64,000 nt of DNA from Octopus vulgaris (taxonomy: Eukaryota). The stretch lies in the NCBI GenBank assembly GCA_951406725.2, contig OX597821.1, forward strand, positions 79,484,001 to 79,548,000. The letters run 5' to 3'. Under the pieces are notes generated by a model. That model saw nothing but the letters and a program-made list of their open reading frames with translations, did no database searches and had not been told where the DNA came from. How positions within the stretch are numbered: position 1 is the first letter of the stretch; every line of letters begins with the position of its first letter. Shown here in pieces: positions 54,409-64,000 of the stretch. The translations under genes and the position numbers were made by a program.

Positions 54409-56283
54409 TGATAGGCTGTTGTTGTTATCGTTGCTGTTTAGGCAGATGTCTGTCACAATCTTGCAGAGTTGCAATGAATTTTGTTCCAAGTGTGAATGTG
54501 CTGACAGTGTGTTCCTGCTTAAACAACTATTGTATCTCTTTCCTCGAGATAAATACTTGCTGCAAGCTACAATGCAATAACATCGTCCTTTTGGCTTATC
54601 AGCTGATCTTCATGCTCCAATCATTTAGATGGATGGTCACTGTCCAAGCCAGTTCATTGGTTGAGGAACACATCGCTTAAATATTCCGGCTTCTCCGGGT
54701 TGGTATGCCCTTCTTAACATCAACCATTGTATAAACGGTGCTGGCTACATTTTACATGGCAAAAAATACTAGAAATATGTAGTGTCCTCAAGAAGAATAG
54801 ACATTCCTCTCTAACTTATGAAAAGAAATATCAGACAAGCTGGAAGAAAAAAGGAGAGTAAACTTAGTAGATAGCAGCTCCATAAGAACCTTAGTGAGAT
54901 TACTAGGAAGTTATTTGCAGATACTCAGGGTGGTAGGTGAAAATATACTGAAGATGGGCTGGACGGGCATATACAGGTGACCAACGGTGACCAACGGTGA
55001 CCAACGGTGACCAACGGTGACCGAAAGGATGAAAGGTAAAGTCGACCTCGGCGGAATTTGAATTCAGAAAGTAACGGCAGACGACATACCTATTTCTTTA
55101 CTACCCACAAGGAGCTAAACACAGAGGTGACAAACAAGGACAGACAAATGGATTAAGTCGATTATATCGACCCCAGTGCGTAACTGGTACTTCATTTATC
55201 CACCCCGAGAAGATGAAAGGCAAAGTCGACCTCGGCGGAATTTGAACTAAGGACGTAACTGCAGACGAAATACCTATTTCTTTATTACCCACAAGGGGCT
55301 ACACACAGAGGGGACAAACAAGGATAGACAAACGGATCAAGTCGATTACATCGACCCCAGTGAATAACTGGTACTTAATTTATCCACCCCGAAAGGATGA
55401 AAGGCAAAGTCGACCTCGGCGGAATTTGAACTCGGAACGTAACGGCATATGAAATACTGCTACGCATTTCGCCCGGTGACAAACCATTCCCACTCACGAA
55501 CAGTTTGAAATGCCCATCGAAAACCGCAATCAAATATTTTAGCTTGGTTGATTTTAGCAAGAAACAAGTATGTGGCTGTGTGAAGAAGGCAAGAACAAAG
55601 AATGGTATATAAGGTAATGGTGTACCATATAAAGGGTACAAGTATTGTATTCAAGTATGCTATAAGCTTTACCTACTATTTAGAGAGTTGTAACATAAAG
55701 GTGAACTGGTTGATGCCTGGTGCAAGGTAGAAAGATTTAATTAACAAAGGAAGCTAAAGCAAAATTTATTGGCCTGTTCAGACCAATTTTAATCCTGACT
55801 GTAGATGGCTTTAGTTGCTACTTATCTACAAAATCATGGCTTTGGGAAAGAAAATGGCAAGAAGGCTGGTATCTCCGGAATCCATGGTTGTGTGGTACAA
55901 GGATTTTCAATTTGGGATGCATACAATACAGAAAGGGGATTAAAAAGGAGTTTGTTGCTAATACTTATGGTTCTGTACCACTCAGTAGATAGTTCCAATC
56001 AACTGTCGATGAAAGCAATGAACTTCTTTTATACATTGGAAAAGATGAGTGTCTGATGAGGAACTGTTATAACAATTCCAAATTGCGGTTCTTGAAAGAG
56101 TATTTCACAACAGGCGCAGGAGTGGCTGTGTGGTAAGTAGCTTGCTAACCAACCACATGGTTCCGGGTTCAGTCCCATTGCATGGCACCTTGGGCAAGTG
56201 TCTTCTACTATAGCCTCGGGCCGACCAATGCCTTGTGAGTGGATTTGGTAGACGGAAACTGAAAGAGGCCCGTCGTATATATG

Positions 56284-56352
<69 letters not shown>

Positions 56353-57177
56353 TTGTGTGTCTGTGTTTGTCCCTCTAGCATTGCTTGACAACCGATGCTG
56401 GTGTGTTTACGTCCCCGTCACTTAGCGGTTTGGCAAAAAGAGACCGATAGAATAAGTACTGGGCTTACAAAGAATAAGTCCCGGGGTCGATTTGCTCGAC
56501 TAAAAGCGGTGCTCCAGCATGGCTGCAGTCAAATGACTGAAACAAATAAAAGAGTAAAGAGAGAAAGAGTAAAGAGTAAAGAGAGTGTCATCCTCTTGAG
56601 ATTGGAATTGGAATTTCGTCTCAGCTTGTAATGGGGAAGCAGCTTAGATCAGCAAATATATCAGAAGAAATGACTCGAGTGAGATCACCTAACGATTCTT
56701 TAATGGATAATATAACAAAGAGAGCAAAATGAATTGCGAATAGTTCAGGATAGATTGGATGGACTAATTACTTGGTCAAGAATGTGGTTTAAAGCAAATA
56801 GAAATGCAGTCTGTCAGTTATCAAAGGTCAGCAGAAGTGAAGTTCAAAATATCAGGAGAAACCATGCCTAAGGTTAAAGAGAAACCTGTAAAAAGTTTAG
56901 GACGATCGTATACATTACCTTTAACAAAGAGAACAGGTGTATATTTATCCTGTATGAAATTGTGTGCCATGTGTTTGTGAAAAGATCTTTAATGACTAAT
57001 TTGGTTAACATTGGAATTAAGCAGGCAAAGAGAATGTTGGTTAGTTATGTCTAGAGATGAGAGGACAATTCTATGCCATACGTTTGACACAAATGTAAGA
57101 AAAGAAAGACAAAACTAAGAGAAAAACTTTGTTATCAATTGATAATTAAATTGGATAATTGCAGCATTATTAGATTA

Positions 57178-58667
57178 TGAGGGTGAGCTGAAAGGGATCA
57201 TAGGGTTAGGACGAAGGAGTGGTGTGCATTAAGTTTAATATTTCTTAAATGGATTGTCTGATTCCACGTAAACTGACATCTGGATGTTCAAAGAAGACTT
57301 GAAATGGTATTAGTACCGACTTCTTTTGAAAATGGACGAAATTTGGCATCGTGATTTTATCAAGTACTTGCAGAAAAACTTGTTTAGCCCCTACAAGGGT
57401 AATATGCTGACACGGTTGCTATATTCAGTGATGACATTCCAGTTTTATCAACCGTGCAAAAGTGGGCAGCTGAATTTAGGAGGCAACCAGAGAATGTTAA
57501 AGAAGAGGACCCAGCGTCCTGCAACTTCCACAACCGAGGAAATCGTTTAACTTGTACACCGCATGGTGATGGATGACAGGCATTTGACTATAAACTAAAT
57601 AGCCAAATGCTATTAGCATTTTCTGTGAGCGATTGAAGAAGATTCTGCACAATGAACTTAGCATGACGATGGCTAAAATCTGACATTGTTTAAAACAGAT
57701 CCAGTTGGTTTCCTTGAGCATTTCCTAAGTCAGGCTGACTGTTAAATTCATTACTTTGAGCCAGGGACAAAGACTCAATCCATTTGGTGGAAACACACCG
57801 CCTCATCTGCTCCGAAGAAGGTCAGCATCGTTTCATCTGCATCGAAGGTGATAGTCTCAGTTTTTTGTGATGTAAAAGATATTGGGTTTATTAACTACTA
57901 GCAGTATCACCCGGCGTTGCTCGGGTTTGTAAGGGAAATAACTATATAAGCATTTTTAGACAGTTACATCCCTTATATAAACCGAGCAAAAAATGCATTA
58001 AGAAAACGAAAAAATGATGGTAAATTTTTTTAAAATCGTAGACTCATTGTAGACGCGCGCTAATACCCAGAAGGGCTCGATATGAATCCCGACTATAAGA
58101 TACCCGGTTTTGGTTAAACTGCACCGCAAAATGGGGGAGTAGTTAGGAATCTAAATCGGAGTAGACAGACTCTCACACAACTTCAGTTTTATATATAAAG
58201 ATTTTCAGAAGGGCCTCGCCATCAATGGAGAGTACTATGCCAACTTACTGTGGGAGCTACAAAACGCTATCAAGACCAAATGCCCAGGAAAACTAATGAA
58301 AGGGGTCATATATCACCAAGACAATGCTCCAGCACATAAGTCCTTGCTTTCAGTGATTGTTGTGCATGACTGTGGTTTTGAACTAGTTGATAAAACCTTC
58401 CTTTTGTCCTCTTTCCCTGATTCAGCCCCTTCTGATTATCGTTTGTCCATCAACTGTCAAAAATACGCTGTTGGGAACCAGTGACGATGACATCTTATCT
58501 GCAGTTGATGAGTTTTTTTTGGAGCATCTGGATGAAAGATTGTTCACCAATGGGATTCAAGAACTGAAATCCTAATGGAAAACGTATGTGGACCAAAGGG
58601 GTCTGTGTTGAAAAAAAAACTTAATTTTCTCAGATTCCATGAGAATATCTTTTTCAGCCGACCATTA
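57178..58667 (+). mobile_element. Degraded mariner transposon with nested Helitron-like insertion
   Basis: YHQDNAPAH, PDSAPSDY; imperfect TIRs tgagggtgagctgaa / ttcagccgaccatta. Confidence 0.8.
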
Positions 58668-59207
58668 TATCTAGGATGCTTGATAAAGAAAGGGGATTTA
58701 GGAATAGTCTATTCTGCCGTTGACCTGACTATTGAGCTATTATATGGTACCTTTGTAAAACGTATAAACGTGTTGAGCAAAACCGTAGATGCCACCATTT
58801 GACATTTGATGACTGGAATATCTTATAATAATAAAATATAGATTACTAGCAGTATCGCCCGGCGTTGCTCGGGTTTGTAAGGGAAATAACTATATAAGCA
58901 TTTTAGAGAGTTACTTCCCTTATATAACCCGAGCAAAAATCATTAAAAATGCGGAAAAATAATGGTAATTTTTTTTAAATCGTAGACTCAGCGTAGATGC
59001 GCGCTAATACTTAGAAGGACTCAATATGAATGACGACTATAAGATACCCGCTTTTGGTTAAACTGCACCGCAAAATGTGGGAGTAGTTAGGAATCTAAAT
59101 CGGAGGAGACAGAGTCTCACACACACTACTTCAATTTTATATATAAAGATTAATAAAGATTAAGAAATTTTACTATAAAGTGTAAAACATGGAGATATTT
59201 ATTTCAG

Positions 59208-59279
59208 AATCTCGAAAACTGGAAGAGAGGGATCTTCTGCTGGTGGCGCGTCAGTTAGGAAGCAATTGGTGGCATGCTG
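59208..59279 (+). CDS. Exon 10 (72 nt, phase 1-1), Death domain helices 1-2: (E)SRKLEERDLLLVARQLGSNWWHA
   Basis: TTTCAG acceptor, GTGAGT donor, L..VA..LG..W Death-domain signature. Confidence 0.9.
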
Positions 59280-60293
59280 GTGAGTAGAAAGTAACAATCT
59301 CTAATTGATCTCTATACATTTTACCTTCACTTGAGCTTTTGCATGTCAGAAGGACTGAGGTCAGGTTTCATTCCTGGTTTCCATTTGAAATGATAGCTAT
59401 AAAATAATTCTATTAAACGTAAAGTATACTAGCCATCTCAATATGGCTAACCACTAAGGGTGGGTGTTACTGTAGCTTTTAGCCCCAGGAGATCATCGTC
59501 TCCAGCTGGCTTTAGGCACACTTTCTGTGCCCTTATGGTATTTGCAAAGGGAGGTCATCCCTCTCTCGTAAACCTAAGTGATACGCACGGACTGCAGTTT
59601 CGAGGTATTTGCCTCTTGTCAACGTACGGTAATCACCGGTTTTCGATGAAGAGAGACCTGTTTGCAAATATCTATTTAATGTTTTTCCAAGCATTCTATT
59701 AAAGATGTTACTGAAATTTAATAAAATTGAGGTTAGCTTGATTGGTAAAATGGATAAATGAATAAAACACGATAGAGTAGATATTGTCTGTTGGGTGAAG
59801 GGACTAAAATATGTTGTTGTTTAAAGGTAAACAGGTGAGTTAATAACAAGGTTTTTGCGTGTTTTACGTTTTAATGAAGTTTACTTTTTGGTATTTGTAA
59901 TGAAGGAAAGTTAACAACCAAAATAAGTCTTGTTTATTTTACTATAAAACTTTGAGTTAGGTTTTCCTTGAAACAACCACTTCTAGGGTCATTGTGTAAG
60001 AAGCAGATTATTCTGATTCATATCACCATATCCTTATGGCCCTCGCAGGGATATTGAGCAGAGGAAATGAATGAGCGAATCCAATGGTTGGATTCTGTTG
60101 GTGGTTTATGTTGATTCTTTAGGCTCTGATACACTTTTGTCTTCGCAAACACTTCTCCTGCCATTTATTTACCATACATATTCTCAAGTGTGAGATTCCT
60201 AGACATTTCAGCACGGCTGTCCGTACGAACGGACTCTAGCTGGTTAATGATGTAGAGTAGCAACCGATAAATTGCGAGCATGGGAGTGAACCC

Positions 60294-60395
60294 TTACCAC
60301 TTTCTAGCGACGGGACCAGCAGACCTGTCCCTGGTTTCGGGCTATTTCTGCCACTCGTCAGAACTGGACACCTCGTCTGCTAGAGATGGCAGTAA
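60294..60395 (-). ncRNA. Full-size type I hammerhead ribozyme with GUC site and long stem I
   Basis: Minus strand: ctagcagacgaggtgtccagtt-CTGACGA-gtggc agaaata gccc-GAAA-cc agggaca gg-TC-tgctggtcccgtcgctag. Confidence 0.75.
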
Positions 60396-60409
60396 TTCAC
60401 TTCTGGTTG

Positions 60410-60452
<43 letters not shown>

Positions 60453-60589
60453 CGACAGGCTTCTTTCAGTTTCCGTCTACCAAATCCACTCACAAGGCTT
60501 TGGTCGGCCCGAGGCTATAGTAGAAGACACTTGCCCAAGGTGCCATGTGGTTGGTAAACAAGCTAGCTACTTACCACACAGCCACTCCT

Positions 60590-60627
<38 letters not shown>

Positions 60628-60637
<10 letters not shown>

Positions 60638-61440
60638 AAGTAAATAAATGGTACAACGAAGCACCGTTATTTACTGGAAAATAGCGAACGTAATAAATAC
60701 GACGCTAATGTATAGCTTCACTGCGTATGTACTAGTAAAGATGCGTGTGTGCAACAAACATGAAAAAATTTGTTTTACCTCTAGGAAGAACATCTGAAAA
60801 ATGAAAAACCTAGAAACCGATAATGTAGTACCGGTTTCAGATTCTTCAAAATACGTTTGCCAACGTATATTATATTTATCTTCATCAGCTGCATATACCT
60901 CGACAATATTTCAAATGTTGCCACATCTATGCCAGTACACTCGTCTGAACGCCAAAACGGGCTATCCTTTACTGGAAAGTAATAGTCTCGTATTGCATTA
61001 CTATTTTCATTGAAACTTCTTCACTGTTCTCGTTCTGTTAACGTTTTGGCGTTCAGACGAGTGTACTGGCATAGATGTGGCAACATTTGAAATATTGTCG
61101 AGGTATATGCAGCTGATGAAGATAAATATAATATACGTTGGCAAACGTATTTTGAAGAATCTGAAACCGGTACTGCATTATCCGTTTCTAGGTTTTTCAT
61201 TTTTCAGATGTTCTTCCTAGAGGTAAGACAAATTTTTTTCATGTTTGTTGCACACACGCATCTTTACTAGTACATACGCAGTGAAGTTATACATTAGCGT
61301 CGTATTTATTACGTTCGCTATTTTCCAGTAAATATCGGTGCTTCGTTGTACCATTTATTTACTTTTATATGTATAATTTTACCCTCACGGGCTATCCTTT
61401 ACTGGAAAGCAATACTCTCGTATTGCATTACTATTTTCAT
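60628..61440. mobile_element. Fold-back PLE remnant (arms 60628-60959 / 61042-61374; direct repeat 60958-61010 / 61388-61440)
   Basis: ~330-bp inverted arms within (TA)n, hammerhead in each arm, repeated tail. Confidence 0.8.
61107..61178 (+). ncRNA. Minimal type I hammerhead ribozyme; inverted copy at 60823-60894
   Basis: atgcag-CTGATGA-agat..atct-GAAA-ccgg-TA-ctgcat. Confidence 0.85.
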
Positions 61441-61531
61441 ATATATATATATATTTCAAGCGAACGCACAGTCGCTGATTTTGCAACAAGCAAAAATACT
61501 CGTTCTAAAATCTAGGAGATCTATATATTCT

Positions 61532-61641
61532 TAACCACTTTAACACGGCTGTCTGTTCAAACCAGCTAGAGGAGATGTCTTCTTGGGGTTAAAAAATCGC
61601 AGTAGACTATGTTCGAACGGACAGCCATGTTGAAGTGGCTA
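61532..61641. mobile_element. Small MITE-like inverted-repeat element
   Basis: taaccactttaacacggctgtctgttc / gaacggacagccatgttgaagtggcta; related end at ~60200-60240. Confidence 0.5.
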
Positions 61642-61943
61642 CAAATATCACTTGTTAGTACAACTATTGCCTTGATCTCTTAGAGAGATTTTAGAACAAA
61701 CATTTTTGCTTATTCTCAAGTGTAATTTTCATTTAATTCCTTTAAAATGTTTTCTCCATCTTCATTCTCTATTGTTTTGTCATCGTCTTTGGAAATTGAG
61801 AGCCATGTCTTATATTTTTCATGTTCCTTAAGTACTTCTTTAGATATAGTTTCTTTGTTATATTTATAACAACATACAGTACACGTCTTTCATATTATTG
61901 TTAATGCTGTTGCAATTATTTCTTATTCTTATATCTTTTGCAG

Positions 61944-62149
61944 GTATTTTCTTGGACATTAAAACTTCTGAGCTGGACATTATCAAGCGTGACAATAGAA
62001 ATGATACTATAGAGCAGAGCTATCAGATGCTGTACAAATGGTTCACAAGTTGTGATCCAAAGAAACGTACAGCGGAAACAATAAAAGCAGCTCTTGAAGA
62101 AGCTCAATGTTTTAATGCCCTTCAATGTCTATCGTTAGGTATAAAATAA
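61944..62149 (+). CDS. Terminal exon 11, remainder of Death domain: GIFLDIKTSELDIIKRDNRNDTIEQSYQMLYKWFTSCDPKKRTAETIKAALEEAQCFNALQCLSLGIK*
   Basis: TTTTGCAG acceptor, phase 1, EQ.YQML..W...T...I..AL Death-domain pattern, stop TAA ending 62149. Confidence 0.92.
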
Positions 62150-62393
62150 CTTTCTGTGTTGTTGCTGTTCTTATTTAGTCCAAGATCTACCTTCAACGAC
62201 AGAGACTTATCAATAGATAACTTCCATCTTTATCCTAACTATAAAGAACCCATAACCACATTGTCCAATGTGTCCACCTTTAAGGTGATAAGTTGTGAAT
62301 TGAAGAGCATTTAGCTACGAATTCCATTACATCTATATACCTCATAAAATCTCACTGAATGATTTGGCTCCCTTGTTAGAGATTAATTTTTGA

Positions 62394-62399
62394 AATAAA
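62394..62399 (+). promoter_or_regulatory. Candidate polyadenylation signal AATAAA
   Basis: About 245 nt after the stop codon and followed by TG-rich sequence. Confidence 0.35.
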
Positions 62400-62519
62400 T
62401 ATAAACTTTGTATGTGGATTTATAGCATGGCTGTGAAGGTGTTTGTTTTTGTGGGCAGAAAAGTACTTCTATATACATGCATCATGTGTAATTCTGTATG
62501 CGTTTGCGTGTGAATGTGT

Positions 62520-62990
62520 GAATCAATGCTGTGTGTGTTAAAGTAAAAGAATGTATCGTCTGAGCTGAGGAGTAGTGAGGAGACGAAACAGGAAAATGTC
62601 TTCTGGATTGTGATGGTGACGAGAATGTGGTGAAGCAGTTTGTACTTTTACACCAAACGTGGTGATATGTCAAGAGTGGGGTTACCTATGGAACAGAAAT
62701 AACATGCTACTGGGGGAGGCTTTATTCTTATTCGACGTAGCAGCAGGAGGTTTGAACGGGTCGTGTGACATGTCCTACACCAGATAATTGGACTCAACAA
62801 GGCCATGGAGGATGCAAAGGGGCTAGCACCGGACGGCCAGAGATGGAGAGCATAGGTGCATATGGTCAGTTCTGCGAATGATGACGTCTTTGTCGCCACC
62901 AACCTGGGCTGATCCCACACCCATCAAACAAGACCACCAAGTGAGCAAGGGAGATGATTATCGTTATGAAGGTAGATGTCCAACAAGTGT
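62520..62990 (+). mobile_element. Highly degraded RTE-like LINE remnant
   Basis: Weak C-terminal RTE-like peptide (AMEDAKGLAPDGQRWRA). Confidence 0.35.
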
Positions 62991-64000
62991 TATGTGAGAT
63001 GGACAGGCGCGTACTGAACGGTCTATGTGAAAGATAGGGAATTTTTTTAAAAACCGACCTTTCTAGCAATAAATGAAGTAAGTGCAGACAGCTAGAAAAC
63101 TCAACTTCATATCAGACAGATGCCCTGCACCGCGGGTTCCAGCCCAGCACGACACCATGGTACTCCTTGCATTCATAGTTGTGATTCAGATTCCCCGCCA
63201 ATATTTGTTGTAGCTGCAATTGTCGTACACACACAAACGAATAAAAACACTCAGTCGCTCACACACACGCAAACACAGAAATGAAAACACTCTCACACAC
63301 ACAAACACTAAAATGAAAATACTCACACACACAATCACAACACGAACAAACAAACACACACACAAACACAGTTAAACACTCACACACGCACACACTCAAA
63401 CACACATGAAAATCACTCACTCACACACACATTCCCACACGCACACACTCGAACACACAGAAATGAAAACACTCACTCACACACACGCACAAACACAGAA
63501 ATGAAAACACACAGTTCCACACTCACAAACGCACACACTCGAACACACAGAAATACATTCACTCACACACACGCATGGAAATGAAAATAGTCACATATAC
63601 TCACACACAAACGGATGCGCGCACACACAGAAATGAAAACACAGTTACAAGCTCACACGCCTAGAAATGAAAACACACATGTACACACTCACTCACTCAC
63701 ACACACACACGCTCAGACACAAACATTGAAACAGAAACACTCTGTCACACAGGTGCGCGCAAACACAGACGCAGAAATAAAAGCACACACACACACATTG
63801 GCTAACGCAAACACTTATACAATTTCTTCAGAATGTCACGGTTTTAAGGTCAACATATTTAAAGCATAAATACCTACAAGTGTACATCTTTGCATGTATC
63901 TATGTGTGTGTGTGTGTTCGGACGTATATGTGTTTGTGCGTGTTTGAGCACAGCCCACACATACGCCGCCGTAACGTAATGGTTCGGGAAAATAGAAAAA

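Larger units (their letters stand above)
46130..59850 (+). repeat. Three diverged tandem segmental copies (A ~46130-47950, B ~49870-53150, C ~56700-59850)
   Basis: Collinear homologous blocks: 47251-47307 / 52356-52412 / 59151-59207; 49890-50075 / 56735-56905; 47751-47900 / 59701-59850. Confidence 0.85.

Overview
AT-rich, microsatellite-laden animal genomic DNA; the SINE repertoire suggests an octopus (inference). One protein-coding gene spans almost the whole window on the + strand. I reconstructed 11 exons (4943-62149), all with GT-AG introns and compatible phases; from ATG 4945 they join into a 1458-nt ORF (485 aa), and further 5' exons may lie outside the window. The protein has ankyrin repeats and a C3HC4 RING that resemble Mind bomb (MIB1/MIB2), but ends in a Death domain instead of MIB RING2/RING3. 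Between RING and Death domain lie three ancient tandem segmental copies. One carries the first Death-domain exon, one carries a same-length 72-nt exon that has diverged far more than its flanking introns, and one has lost the exon. The introns contain two Tx1/L1-clade LINEs joined to the same point of a SINE head, at least three GIY-YIG Penelope-like elements (PLEs), and many short fold-back PLE remnants. About a dozen loci carry hammerhead ribozyme motifs. CR1, RTE, mariner, hAT-MITE and Helitron-like remnants and three SINE families are also present. All assignments are by eye; no database search was run.
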